A stretch of DNA of 64,000 nt, taken from contig NW_027361870.1 of NCBI RefSeq assembly GCF_039654945.1, positions 26,226,001 to 26,290,000 of the forward strand, read 5' to 3'. This stretch comes from Dendrobates tinctorius (taxonomy: Eukaryota). The first letter of the stretch is position 1. Each line of letters starts with the position of its first letter. The notes below the pieces were generated by a model that worked only from the letters and a program-made list of their open reading frames with translations, made no database searches and had not been told where the DNA came from. Made by a program: the position numbers and the translations under genes. Positions 1-13,293 of this stretch are shown piece after piece.

Positions 1-353
1 TGTTTTGTTTTTTCTTAATAACTATTTATTCTACAAATGGTGATTTTTATTACTGACCGGTATTTTGAGCGGAGCTTCAGCTGACTTACCGAACTTTGGC
101 GTGGAAACAGCGTTGTGCCTGAGAGTTGCACATCCTCATAAGGTGGAGAAAAACAGTGTAGGGAAACAGACAGGACCAAACCATAGGGTGATACCTTTAT
201 AAAAAGATAAAATAGATCCCAGTAATGTGCTCACCTGAGTGAGTTGTGGAGGCACAGCTCCTTTGAAAGCTCAATAATGGTTGTTGCTGCCCCGTGGCGG
301 GGGGAAGAACTCTACTAGGCTGCTTGAAGGAAAAACAGATCACGGCTTGAACT

Positions 354-585
354 GCGCTAACCCAAATAAAGGTCCTTTGACCAATATTATAAAGAAGTGG
401 TTTTTATTCCACAATGGGTTTCCACGCCTGACTGGTGTCTTTCTGAAGTCTAAAAAACAACTGTGCCAACTGGTATAGTTGGTTTTTGCACTTGAGAAAG
501 ACGACAGTTCGGCGTTGAAACGCGTTGTAGAATAAAAACCACTTCCTCACATTATTAGATCAAGGATCTTCCTTTCAGTTAGCGC
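354..585. repeat. Imperfect foldback, probably derived from a Penelope-like element terminus
   Basis: GAAGTGGTTTTTATTC (394) pairs with GAATAAAAACCACTTC (ends 545). Outer arms GCGCTAAC.../...GTTAGCGC. The right arm has TTGAGAAAG..GAAACGCGTTG, resembling degenerate hammerhead-like PLE termini. Confidence 0.45.
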
Positions 586-2473
586 ATACTCATAAGGAGA
601 GCATACTGCCTTACGCCTTTGAAGGTTTTGCCGTTACAAATCTTTTCATACAGAAATCTGCGCCTTGTATTTTTCTTTCATTGGGTTTTGAACTCATCAT
701 CTGTCAGGAAAAGGCTGGAAGTCTCCCTTACACATTAGATGGACGGTCACGGCCAGACCTGCTGTAATTGGCAGGTTCAGCCAAATGTCACATAATGTGT
801 TTAGAGACTTGAAAGATGCGAGATGAAGTTTCCTACTGCTAGAAAACCTGAGTGATACCAACAAAAGCGTCTTCCTAATTAGATAAACCATTGTTTCAGC
901 TCTCTATGAGGAAGACGATCAGACAATTATTTTGCGGTAAATGTGCTTTGTTGTTGAGAATAGACACAAATCATCTTATTGTGGCACATACAGTCCCGCT
1001 GGGTGGTGGGCTTCATGGGCCCACTTGTATTCTGAATGAATATGAAAAGATAGCATCCTATAGACAGGACTTTACGACAAAATCAAGACAAATTACTTGA
1101 ACATTCTGTAATTATTATCTCTAAATTGCCTCTTTGTTCCTTTTTTCACTTTTTAGCGAAGTAAAAGAAAAACACCAAAGCTTTTCATCATGTCGTCTTA
1201 GGAAAATAGAAGCAACATTGATCTTTTGTGAGTTCCTCTCTACAGGAGCGTAACTGCGCCTCTAGTTTCCTGTGGGTCATTAAAGTTCACACTACCGTAC
1301 ACAGCGACGTGTAACATAAGTTATGCAGCATCCCTGCTGAAAAATAAGAAACCCTACACCAGGAGCGGGGGACACATCCTAACACTGTGCCGCTTTAATA
1401 TGTAATGTTATCCACAGATTAATACATTCAATGTTTCCTCCGCACAGCAGTACCGCTTCGCTGCGCTGATGGATTGGCACAAATCTCAGCAGTCTAAGAT
1501 TTTCTTTAAATTAGGATTAAAGAAAGCTCAAAATTGCTTTAAATAGAAATGTGACATTTTATAAGAAGCAATCTAAAAAGTTTAAAGAATTTGTCAGAAT
1601 CAAAAATAATTAATACCCCCGGCCCCCAGCAAGGAGATTATGTTTCTTCCTAAAAAAATATATATATACAGCTATCGCTATAGAAGCATCCAATAATATT
1701 ACTTATTATTTTTAATTTCTTCTGCTACTTCATAATAGTATTTCATTGATCTTACTTACAGCATATAAAGTCTGACATTTACCAGAAAAGTATCCCTGAT
1801 TCTTATATTTTCAGTCCTAATGATGTCCATGAAAAAAACTGATCTCATATAGACAGCTCTCGGGCTAATGCTAAAGCTAATGCTTTTTTTTTACATGGAT
1901 CAAATGTTTGAGTGAAGAGAAATTGCAGCATTCACTATTCTCTTCCATATTTTAGAAGGGACTCGCCTATTAAAGTCTACAGTGTGTAAAAAAAATTTAG
2001 ATCCCATAGAGATCAATAATATAGTAAAATAAAAAAAAATGAGCCGGAGCACAAGTTGGTATACGTGCAACGTATAAGAGCATGTTCACACTGTGACCAT
2101 TTAATAGTAAAAACCTAAAATAGAAACAAAATGAGCCTATACCCTGTTGTAAGTAAGTAAATAGCTCATTTCTTTGGTTTTGCTGTAGTTTCTTCCATTT
2201 TGTACAAACCGAGGTGTGGCCCCCTTTTTTGAGCTAGGCATTTCATTCATATAGCTTCCATGGCCAGGTGTCTGAACATTTGGACCCTGATCCTGCTCTG
2301 ACTTATCTGCATTTAGGTTGTCAGACACAAGGTGAGGTTTTAATACTAGAGGATAGGACCATCCCGATTGTGGTACACCTTGTTGCGGTGGGAAGCTTTT
2401 ACGCTTTTTTGATCAAAAACAGTGTTTACTAAGTACCCTATGTTATTTATATGCACTTTTACAATTTACTTAA

Positions 2474-2837
2474 GCCCCCTTCACACATAGCGAGATTGCT
2501 GGCGATATTGCTAAAGCGTCACCGATTTTGTGACGCAACAGCGATATCGCTAGCGATCTCGCTACATGTGACACTTACCTCCGACCCGGCCCCCCGCCAG
2601 ATATCGCTGATCGCGCGAGATCGTCCTGGTCCATTTCTCGTCATCGGCTTCCTGCTGGCGCCGACAAGCGGCTCATGGAGGCGGGAGAAAGTTATCATCA
2701 GAGCTGCCGTCTGACAGGTAAGAGCGACCGCCGACCGCTGCTATGTCGCTGGTGAGATCTGCCTGTTTGGCAGCTCACTAGCGACCATTTAGCAATGCAC
2801 CAGCGATCGCTGGTGCATCGCTAAATGTAACGGTACC
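2474..2837. mobile_element. PIF/Harbinger-type MITE, family A (AGCGAT/ATCGCT subterminal motifs)
   Basis: TAA|GCCCCCTTCACACATAGCG...CGCTAAATGTAACGGTACC|TTA. Related copies at 5846, 12161 and 43291. Confidence 0.75.
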
Positions 2838-3112
2838 TTAACATACGTACAGCAGGGTATATGCTCATTTTGTTTCTATCTTAGGTTTAGATAAGCCATA
2901 TAATAAAGTGATTTCCATGAATAGAATGCCTATATTAACATAGGAAACTGCATTTGCTGTTGATATATAAAAACGATTTGCCATATGGATGACAATACAG
3001 ACTAAAAATTGTCTGTCTTTCTGGATGAAACTAAGAAGATTTTTATACATTCATGTGAATTTAGCTTGGACCGGTGGTCCACATGTAAAAAAAATTGGAA
3101 CATGCACTGCTC

Positions 3113-5380
3113 TTACGGCCGGGGCAAAGGTATGCACCTGCCTAGGGTGCTACCTCTTGCCCACACGAGGGAGGCGCACTTTGAAAACAAATGCTGACCG
3201 CCTGCGGCCGCCTGGCACTTTACTCCTATCCTCTGGATAGGGGGCTGTTTGAGGTATATATTGGTGGCGCATACCGTATAGTCGGCTGTGGTGACCATCA
3301 TACTGTGTAGGGGAACAGTGTGAGGAGTGGTTACAGTTTGAAGAGGGCAGCATGGTGAGCACTGTGAGGACATAGTGTGAAGAGGGGGCACAGAATAGAT
3401 ATGGAGAGGGGACAGCGTGACATGGAGGCACATTATGGAGAGGGGTTAACTTAGCGGGGGGACAGTGTGGAGATAAAGAAAATTAGGAGACTGGAACGGT
3501 AAAGGCCGTGGTTCATAATGGCAGATGGTGTGGCGGTTCTAGCTGATAATGGTAGACAGTGTGGAGGACATATACCATAGAAGACTTATTTAGGTCATAG
3601 TATGAACAGATATTTTTATTCAGAGTGCATTTTAATAACATTTATTTTTAAGAGCTGTGTGGGGATGTGCTACAAAAGACTGGAGAAGAGGAAGGACTGT
3701 AGAGACTAGCTGTGGATGTGAGAAGTCATCATGGCATCTAGACAAAATGTCGATGAAAAGAAAGAAATAACTCCAGAAAAGATGTCATCTATACATTACC
3801 TGGATATAAATGTTTATTTATGATACTAATTCTTATCAGCATTGTGGTTCCTGTGTGGTCCGCAGTCTGGTGATGGTTGGTAATAACAACTCCCAGCATC
3901 TCTTTACCATTGTTAAGGACATACTGGGAGTTGTAAGGTTGTAAGTTCATGTGATACAATTGTTTATGGGGCTGACTTGATATGCTAATTGATAGTTGTA
4001 CTAAGCTTGGTTTTTGTATTCAAGTAGTTTTGGTTCTGGTAATGTATTCATGTAATTATGGTGGTTCTGGTGATGTATTCATGTACTGATGGAGGTTCTG
4101 GTGATGTATTAATTTACTTATGGTGGTTGTGGTGATGTAGTCATGTACTGATGGTGGGTCTGTTGATGTATTCATGTAGTAATGGTAGATCTACTGATGA
4201 ATTCATGTACTAATGGTGGGTCTACTGATGTATTTCTGTACTTATAGTGGTTCTGGTGATGTATTTATTTACTGATGTTGTTTCTGGTGCCATATTCATG
4301 TACTATTGATGGCTTTGGTGCTTTAATTATGTACTAATGTTGATTTTGTCTTCATATTCATGTACTGATGTTGGTTTTGGTAATGAACATATTGACAGAA
4401 TCATCATCCCCACATGAATACAATGTAACGGGAGTGGTGAAACCACTATGCCGTGGATCGAGGAGAGCGTATAGGGATATAACTAGGTGAACACCTGACT
4501 CTTCACTAGAGCCCCTGATGGTGGTGTTAAACTTGGCTCCAGGTGGACACCAAGTGTTACATAGGATGGACCTCGGACACAAGCAGCTGACTCTCCAAAG
4601 GGCAGGAAGTTGGAATGGCCCAGAAGGAAAGTTCAGTTGGTACAGGTAGGCACAGCAGGAACACAAGAATGGCAGGTGCTGGTTGGGATGGCTGGGATAC
4701 AGACATAGACTAGCAGATGCAGACAGGTATGACTGGTATACAAGCAGGCACTGGAAAGTGAAGGCTGGTACGCTGGTCTACAGGCAGGAACTAACAGGTG
4801 CAGGTTGCTATGCAGGCATTCACTGGCAGATGAAGGCAGGTACAGCTGGCATACAGGGAGGCACTAGCAGGTGCAGGCTGGTGTGGCTCTTAAACAGGCA
4901 GGCACTGGCAAATGAAGGCTGGTGCTGGCAGGCATGGCTGATATACAGGCAGACAGCTGCTGGCAGGCACAGCTGGAAAACAGTAGCACACAGAAGTACG
5001 GGAAGACAGGTACAGGCACTAGAAAACATGCAAAATGGCAGAGTGAACACATTGCTTAGACCCTCCCATAAGGTGGTTGTACCTTAAATAATAAGTGTCT
5101 CCCAGCCATTGTCTGGAGACACTTTAGGATGGCATGCGCTATCCCTTTAAGAAGGAGAGAGTGCACGCACATTCTAAGCACATTGCCCAGAGATCTGCAA
5201 GAAGTGTGCAGACCCTGGGCAGCAGCAGGAGGGGGAAGTGCGAGATGAGGGTCGCGGTGTTGAGTGAGTTAGCGTTCCTGCCAGGGGAGGAAGGAAGCTA
5301 TCACTACATGAATTTATCACAAGAACGGTAATACATCACCAGAACCACCATCTGTACATGAATACATCACCAGAACCATC
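3113..5380. mobile_element. Degenerate non-autonomous DNA element with a ~30-bp minisatellite (ends uncertain)
   Basis: The minisatellite GTGGTTCTGGTGATGTATTCATGTACTGAT runs 4020-4390, with reverse-complement units at 5330-5380. Segment 3700-3820 resembles 55830-55940 inside the hAT element at 54549. Confidence 0.4.
4424..5308. mobile_element. Probable old solo LTR
   Basis: TGTAACG...CACTACA termini. It interrupts the 30-bp minisatellite and carries internal CAGGCA-rich short repeats. No clean TSD. Confidence 0.45.
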
Positions 5381-5845
5381 GGTTTTGTGCAAGCTGTATT
5401 TGTCGCATGACAGACGCAAAACCCATCAGACGTGTCCCTTTATCTATCATGTGGGTCTGTTTATTTGCCGTTAGAGTATCTGCCAAATGCTGGATACCTT
5501 AATTGAAACCAAATGACCCTGATTATAGTTATGCTTTATTAGTTTCCATACCTATCCTTGGGTTCTACATTTAAAATATAGGACGTCAGGGATGAATATC
5601 ACATTTTTTTTACCCTGTATTGCGTAACTGGGTAGCAAAAAATGATTGATTCTGTATCTAACTTTGAAATTGCACTCCGTGTTTAGCCACATCCCTAAAG
5701 TAATAATTCTAGTGGAAGTGGTCATCAAAGCCATCTAACCCATCAAAGTGGGAGGGGGGAGGTACAGGAGTCCTGTTAATTTAGTCTCTGACAAATTCCT
5801 TTGCTTTGCAGTGTGAGGGGGGTGTGATTGGTTCATCTGCCTGAA

Positions 5846-6239
5846 GGGCCTGTCGCACTAAGCGATATCGCTAGCAATATCACTATAACTTGTGACGTTA
5901 TAGCGATATTGCTAGCGATATCGCTATGTCTGATACTTACCTACAACCCGCTCCCCCGCTGGTTATCGCTGATCGCGCGAGATCAGGCTGGACTGTTTCT
6001 CGTCGTCAGCTTCTTGCGGCGCTTCCTGCTGTGAGGACGAGCGACGCGTGGAGCCGGGCGGGAGGACGCAGGATCGCCTGGTGTGACAGGTAAGTAGCGA
6101 CCCCCGTCCCCAGCGATGTCGCTAGTGAGATCTGCCTGTGTGGCAGCTCACTAGCGACCACTTAGCGATGTACCAGCGATCCTGACCGCATCATATCGCT
6201 GGTCGGGATCGTTGGTACATCGCTAAGTGTGACAGTACC
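5846..6239. mobile_element. PIF/Harbinger-type MITE, family A
   Basis: GGGCCTGTCGCACTAAGCG...CGCTAAGTGTGACAGTACC|TTA. Near-identical to 43291-43684. Confidence 0.8.
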
Positions 6240-6673
6240 TTAAGGCAGCAAAATACTTTGGCCCAGCCCTGACTAATCTCATCAATTTTTCAGATAGAAC
6301 TCCATTAAACTCAATGGGTGAATAAACACGAATGCCATAAAAACATCAACCACATAGTTTCAGTTTTTAATGCATTCACTGCAATTAATAACAAAAGAAA
6401 CTGTGTTTGATCTTGTATTTGTTTTTTTTTTATTTTTGATGCATGAATTGGATTCACATACAGATGAGAAAATTGGACATACAGATGACAAAAAAAACAC
6501 TAAAAAGATGAAAAATCATCTATTTGCCTCTGGATGAAAAATGTACATTTATTTTTGATGCATGAATCGGATTCACATACAGATGAAATTAAAAAAAAAG
6601 TTAAAAAATGAAAAATCATCTGTTTGGATGAAAAATGTATGATTTTTCATTTCTTTGTCAGAACTCAGCCTGA

Positions 6674-6868
6674 GGCCGGGGTCACACTTGCAAGAAACTC
6701 GCACGAGTCTCGCGTTTCAATACCCGGCAGTGCCGCCGGTACTCGGGACCGGAGTGTGCAGCTGCATGTATTTCTATGCAGCTGAGCGCTCCGGTCCGAG
6801 TGCCGGCGGCAGTGTCGGGTATTGAGACGCGAGACTCGTGCGAGTTTCTCTCACATGTGACCCCGGCC
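6674..6868. mobile_element. PIF/Harbinger-type MITE, family B (palindromic, CTCG/CGAG motifs)
   Basis: TIR GGCCGGGGTCACA...TGTGACCCCGGCC. Related to 13294-13472. Confidence 0.75.
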
Positions 6869-6930
6869 AAATACAGATACCTTATATCTACTTCAGATGA
6901 CAATTAAAAGAAATTAATGATTTTAGATAA

Positions 6931-8240
6931 GGCTGGTTTCACATTTGCGTTTTTTTTCGCGGTAATTTAGCGCTAAATAGCGCATGCGTTTTTTTTTCCT
7001 ATACTTTGCATGGGATGCGCTTATGTGCGCATACACATGCGTTTGTACGCGTTTTACCGCGCATGCGTTTTTTTGCAGTATGCGCTCGGGCGCACAAAAT
7101 GCAACTTGTTGCATTTTTTGTGCGTCCGATTTGCCTCAAAAAAACGCATGCGCGCGCAATGCGTTTTTTTACAGCAAGACACCCATTATAAGTCTATGGT
7201 GAGCATATGTGCGCATTGGCATGCTTATGTATGCGTTTTTTTGCACATGCGTTTTTTTTTTTACCATTAGTTTAGACAATGGAATTTAGGGGTTTGTGTA
7301 AAGTTAGGGNNNNNNNNNNNNNNNNNNNNNNNNNNNNNNNNNNNNNNNNNNNNNNNNNNNNNNNNNNNNNNNNNNNNNNNNNNNNNNNNNNNNNNNNNNN
7401 NNNNNNNNNNNNNNNNNNNNNNNNNNNNNNNNNNNNNNNNNNNNNNNNNNNNNNNNNNNNNNNNNNNNNNNNNNNNNNNNNNNNNNNNNNNNNNNNNNNN
7501 NNNNNNNNNNNNNNNNNNNNNNNNNNNNNNNNNNNNNNNNNNNNNNNNNNNNNNNNNNNNNNNNNNNNNNNNNNNNNNNNNNNNNNNNNNNNNNNNNNNN
7601 NNNNNNNNNNNNNNNNNNNNNNNNNNNNNNNNNNNNNNNNNNNNNNNNNNNNNNNNNNNNNNNNNNNNNNNNNNNNNNNNNNNNNNNNNNNNNNNNNNNN
7701 NNNNNNNNNANNNNNNNNNNNNNNNNNNNNNNNNNNNNNNNNNNNNNNNNNNNNNNNNNNNNNNNNNNNNNNNNNNNNNNNNNNNNNNNNNNNNNNNNNN
7801 NNNNNNNNNNNNNNNNNNNNNNNNNNNNNNNNNNNNNNNNNNNNNNNNNNNNNNNNNNNNNNNNNNNNNNNNNNNNNNNNNNNNNNNNNNNNNNNNNNNN
7901 NNNNNNNNNNAGGGTTAAGTATGGTTTGGTTAAGGGTTAGAGTCAGGGTTAGGGTTAAGTATGGTTTGGTTAAGGGTTAGGGTCAGGGTTAGGGTTAGGG
8001 TCAGGGTTAGGGTTAGTAAAGTCATGGTTTGGGTTAGTGTGAGGGGCCACCTAATGTTGGAAAAAAACGCAAACGCGGTAAAAACGCACTAAAAACGCAT
8101 AAAAACGCTGCGTTTTTTTCATGCATGCTCATAAAAATGCTTGAAAAAAACGCAGCAGTTGTATGCTTTTGTATGCATTTTTCAATGCGTTTTTTTGCGG
8201 GAAAAACGCGCTGCAAAAAAAAGCAAGTGTGAAACAGGCC
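6931..8240. mobile_element. PIF/Harbinger-type MITE, family C (ACGCAT/ATGCGT motifs) with an internal telomere-like array
   Basis: TAA|GGCTGGTTTCACATTTGC...GCAAGTGTGAAACAGGCC|TAA (3-bp TAA TSD). Encloses an N-gap at 7310-7910. Confidence 0.85.
7286..8040 (+). repeat. Interstitial telomere-like (GGGTTA/GGGTCA variant) array, partly unsequenced
   Basis: TTAGGG and TCAGGG units on both sides of the N-run. Confidence 0.8.
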
Positions 8241-9699
8241 TAAGCGGCTAATTCTGAGAAGCGGGGTTGAAAGGCACCATTATCAGCATATGATAAAAGC
8301 TTTTGAGTGCTGCCGATATATTATGACACAGTGTCAGGTTTCCAATAGAGACTATGGTACAAAATCCTTTTAAGATCTTACTTCTCTAATTTGAATAATT
8401 AATAATTTTCCATACATAAAACTAATATTGTGTTTGTTCACTCTTGAAATTTTCACCTATTATTGCGCGGTCAAGTGTTCCTTTAAAACATGAGAAAATC
8501 ATTAAAATATCATGTATCCATGGAGAAAGCATAAGGCAACAATACTAAAGCCGTGTTTATAATGTGAATATCGGGACGAAAAACGGCAACAAAAAATTCT
8601 GAGTCAAAATAACTTTCTTTCACTCTATTACCAACTCTAGAGGCAAAAGAAAACTTGCAGCTAATTATGCTAAGTAAAATGTCAAAATAATAAGAAACGT
8701 CGATATGAAGCACATTTAAGCCGACCTTGGCACAGTCCTAATTGCTGCTTCCATTTAATACACCTGTCTACTCTGAGCAGAGTAAAAAGTAAAATATTAC
8801 CATATTGTTTTGTGACTTACAGGTACGTGAATCTCATTTTCCTTCCAAGTCAGCCCATAATTAGAGACGCATTGGCCTCTGCTTTATTACCAAACTCTCT
8901 TGGCCTTGGTGACTTTTTAGTTGGATGAATATTAATTAATGTAACAGACTTCAACATAATTGGAAGACATAATAACACAGTGTAGAAGCCTTGACTTCAG
9001 ACAGCTGCTTTCCGTCATCCCTACAGTGCAGATGATTTCAACATTATAACCCTAATTAACCATTCCTGGCTGACATTATGATATCACACTGACCTTTGGA
9101 GCATTGATCCTATGGATATAACTCAACTGTGAGCTTTGCCAGGTACGTCAGTCTCCAACCAAAAACTAGGTACTGGCAGGACATGTAACCTCCCTGACAC
9201 CTCTTTATCTATTATCCTCCATTTGTACATGGTTATACATCCTATGCTAATGTCCAGAGGAATTTAGTCAATACGGTCTGGCTGGTCTATATGAGCCTTA
9301 TTTAAAGGGAATATCCAGTGAAATCCATAGTTTCCAATGTGAATTTACCTCTACTTTTTGATCCGTGTTTTATTAAAGAATAAAAAGTAATAAAATATAA
9401 AAATAGCAACAATGCCCTGCTTTAACATATAGATTTAGCATTTTTTCTGAATCTCTTCCAGACTGTTTCCTGGAAATGCTGGTGGACTACTGCCAACCTT
9501 TCAGCAGTTCTGCAACTCTCTGCTATAAGCTGAAGTTTATAAATATTGCATGTGACAAGAATGCTGCTGCAAAGGATACATTCAGTTGCCTCTCCTGTGT
9601 ATACCGTGGACCTACATCTGAAGGTCTTCAGAATTTTGCTCACAATTTTGAATGCTATATGTAATTGATAGAAATGATATGACAACACTTCCATAGGAA

Positions 9700-11504
9700 A
9701 CTAGGAAACATGGGTGCATCTTATAGTCCGGATGTACTGGCTTTTGCTGTGGTACGGAGGTGGGGGAGCAGTTTCCGCAGAGCACCGGGTCACAGAGGCA
9801 GGAGCTGGTGACTTCGGCTAACTCCTGTGCCCGCTGCTAAAGAGAAATTAATATTCACTGCATTCCACGCCCATGGGCGTGGAGGGCAATGAATATTCAT
9901 TTATTTTTGGCATCCTGGTATGATTGGCCCCATCCCGTTCCTGGCATGATTGGTCCCATCCTTATTCTGGTATGATTGGCCCCATCCCAATCCTGGTATG
10001 CATGGTCCCATCAGAAAACATTAAGAAAAACAAATCATTACACTTACCTTCCTCCGCTCCCTCGCAGTGTCCTGCTCCGGTGCCAGCAGCTGCTTAGTAC
10101 TTTTAAGCAGCGCATGGCAGGGATGCCATGCGCTGCTCACAAGCAGAGCACAGCTGCCAGAATACTCATCGGGACAGTTCATTGCAGAGAGCAGTAAGTA
10201 TTCATTGCTCTAAAGTAGCGCGCAGTGTCAGCCACTGGCTTCTTGCTGCTGCCGGCGGTTGCATGTGCCAATACTTAAGAGAAATGAATACTCATGAATA
10301 TTCATTTCTCTTAAGTAGCGGCACACGTGACCGCTGGCAGCAGCAGGAAGGCACCAGCTGACACTGCTGTGAGAGGAGCCAGGGCCGTAGTCGTGGCTGA
10401 CATAGATTGCTCAACCATGCCCTGGTCTCCCGCCACATGCATACAATGTCCCCTTTGCAACGTACCTTCCTTAATGCCTTCTGAACCATCAAGGACCTCT
10501 CTGATTTGCTGTGGGTTCACTCCTGACGGTTTCACACAAAGTGAGACATAGTCCAGTTCCAACTTGTAACAAACAACTTTACTTGAATCAGTTCTCAGTA
10601 CATCCAGCTTAGTTACAGCAACTTCACAGGGAACATCACAGTACACATCCTTGTCTATTCCTATGCTGTGCAGGACACTGCAAGGGAGCTGAGGAAGGAA
10701 TGTGTGATGGTTTGTTTTTTTAATCTTTTTTTAATCTTTTCTGACACGACCATGCATACCAGGATGGGGGTGGGGTTGATCATACCAGTATAAGGATGGG
10801 GCCATGCATACCAAGACCGTGATGGGGTCAATCATACCAGGATAAGGATGGGACCATGCATACCAGGATCAGGATGGGGCCATTCATGCTTGGACGAGAT
10901 GGGGACCCTGCATACTAGTATAGGGATGATGGCGATCATTCCTGCCAGGATAAGGATGAGGGGGACCATTCTTACCAGGATAGGGATAAGGAGGCATGCA
11001 TACCAGGATGGGGATGAGGGGCCATGCATACCAGGATAGGGATGATGGAGCTATGCATACCAGGATAGGGATGAGGGAGCCATGCATACCAGGATAGGGA
11101 TGATGGAGGCATGCATACCAGGATAGGGATGAGGGAGCCATGCATACCAGGATAGGGATGATGGAGCCATGCATACCAGGATAGGGATGAAGGAGCCATG
11201 CATACCAGGATAGGGATGAGGGGCCATGCATACCAGGATAGGGATGAGGGAGCCATGCATACCAGGATAGGGATGACGGAGCCATGCATACCAGGATAGG
11301 GATGACGGAGCCATGCATACCAGGATAGGGATGAGGGGCCATGTGTATCAGGATGGGGATGAAGGGACCATATTTACCAGGATAGGGGATATTAAGTACA
11401 GAATTGACCACATTTTTTGCTTCAGTCTTTTTTTTCCTAATTTCCTCCTCTAAAACCTAGGTGTGTCTTATGGTCCGGTGAGTCTCATAGTCCGAAAAAT
11501 ACGG
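9700..11504. mobile_element. Non-autonomous Tc2/pogo-like DNA element (left end truncated) with internal inverted arms
   Basis: The right end reads, in reverse complement, CCGTATTTTTCGGACTATGAGACTCACCGGACCATAAGAC. A related TCTTATAGTCCG motif is at ~9720. Inverted internal arms at 10045-10095 and 10340-10700. Confidence 0.6.
10750..11390. repeat. 29-bp minisatellite (CCATGCATACCAGGATAGGGATGAKGGAG)n
   Basis: Head-to-tail units of 28-29 bp. Reverse-complement units at 9910-10010. Confidence 0.9.
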
Positions 11505-11539
11505 TGTCATTGTCAGGGTATGTAGCGATCGTCAGTAAA

Positions 11540-11880
11540 ATTGGTAGACAGGATTTATGATTAAATCATCCCAAACAATTGATTAGAAAACCCTTTATTG
11601 TTACCTGAGCTACGGAATATAGTCCCCAATATCCTGATATTGTCAAGATTTTACAGAAATACCTATTTTAAACAAAGACAAAATCCAATATCCGATTTGT
11701 AATTAAAAAATCACCCACTCTAGGAAATATTATATCACCTAGTTTTTTCAGGGACCATCTCCTTCTATACAACCCACTTGGCTTTCCTATAAGGGGTTTT
11801 TTTAAGTGCAGGCATTCATCATTTAATGCCTGTGAACATGCAGATTACAATAAACGTATTTTCACCTTGATCATTACTGA
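11540..11880 (+). mobile_element. Penelope-like retroelement fragment (linker between RT and GIY-YIG)
   Basis: Piecewise translation: TEYSPQYPDIVKILQKYL...KKSPTLGNIISPSFF...KGFFKC...ACEH, typical of amphibian PLE ORFs. Confidence 0.5.
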
Positions 11881-12160
11881 CACCAGTTTTCCATCTGCAG
11901 GTCTCTATCCCTGCAGTTATCTTTATTATCAAAGCCTGAAATGAAGATGGGGAGTAGACAACACAACGTAGTACTAAGGCAGCAAGGCAGGAATCAAATC
12001 ATAGTCGGACAGAGCATGGGCCAAGACAGGTGAATTTTGATTGCAAATGGTAGACTAGGAAAAGTCAGGTCACGAATGAGAAAGGTGAATAATGCAACTG
12101 AGTAATAGGAATGTCAAATATAACACCCTTATCAGAAAGCATCTTATTTTTCAGGCATAA

Positions 12161-12443
12161 GGCCCTTTTACATTTAGCGATGCACCAGCGATGCAGCGCA
12201 TGATACTTACCTTTCACACACAGCGATCCTAACGTCCTCCCGTCCGCCTCCAGCGTCGCTCGTCTCACACAGCAGGAAGCCCAGCAGGAAGCAGACGACG
12301 AGAAATGGAGCCGCCCGATCAGCGATGGACAGCGGGGGAGGCGGTCGGAGGTAAGTATCACACATAGCGATATCGCTGCTGCGTCACAAAATCAGTGACG
12401 TTTTAGCGATATTGCTAGCGATATCGCTATGTGTAAAACACCC
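12161..12443. mobile_element. PIF/Harbinger-type MITE, family A, shorter copy in opposite orientation
   Basis: TAA|GGCCCTTTTACATTTAGCGATGCACCAGCG...CGCTATGTGTAAAACACCC; reverse-complement homology to 2474-2837. Confidence 0.75.
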
Positions 12444-12764
12444 TATAGTGTAATGGGGAGGGTCGACTGTGATTATCACAATTGGAGCATTAGTAGACCA
12501 GCACAATGCAAGACAACAGAGGCAACTAAAAGGAGAAAGCTAAGCACAGGAGGAGGTAGAATGGCATAGACTGACACGCATTCGATGATATTTGGATTAT
12601 TATAGGGTATCTATCTACACTTTTATAAAATGTTTGATATTTTATAGCCAAAATAATAAATAATTAGAAATTCAATAATATAGTCTAGTATCATACTATG
12701 ACACAAGTTATTGTCAAAAATGTTGATCCATCTGGGGTGCAGGTCCTGGGATCACTGAAATTAA

Positions 12765-13022
12765 AGGGGTTATCCAGTCATAACATATTCATGACCTATA
12801 GTATCAATAGAATAGGACATCAATGCAAGATTGATGGTTGGTCAGATACCCTGCAGCCCTACCAATCCGCTGTTATTTGCAAAGCACTACACATCCGATG
12901 GCCGTTGGAGCAAAAAACAGCTGATCGGTGAGGGTGGCAGGTGTTAAATCTCCAACGATCTAATATTGATGACCTATCTTAGTGATAGATAATAAATAAC
13001 ATGCTGTGACCAGACAAACCGT
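12765..13022. mobile_element. Kolobok/T2-type MITE
   Basis: TTAA|AGGGGTTATCCAGTCA...GTGACCAGACAAACCGT|TTAG, with degenerate inverted arms. Confidence 0.6.
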
Positions 13023-13293
13023 TTAGGAGACACTCCTCAGATCATTAGCAAAGTGATGTAGAGGCCAATGGAAAGTCTATAAATTGGGGCCCAGGAACCT
13101 ACGACTACACCTTTACATCAACATAAAGTTGCACTCTGTAGCATGTATACATGAAATATATGAAGTATGAATTGCATTACTGCTCTAGATAATAAGAAAA
13201 ACTGGAGATTCGTAGCACATAGTTTGGCCAATTCATGCATGCCCAACAGCCGAGACGATCTCCGGTTGCTCTGGTTGGTGGAAACCTGTCTAA

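Noticed and set aside
6430-6650. ~120-bp local tandem duplication
   Set aside because: Degenerate AT-rich duplication with no further structure.
7279-7980. 233-aa ORF, or a true chromosome end
   Set aside because: Mostly Ns; the telomere-like tract is enclosed by MITE TIRs and a TSD.
10750-11390. CRISPR-like regular 29-bp repeats and overlapping ORFs
   Set aside because: Units are head-to-tail with no unique spacers, there are no cas genes, and the context is eukaryotic. It is a minisatellite.
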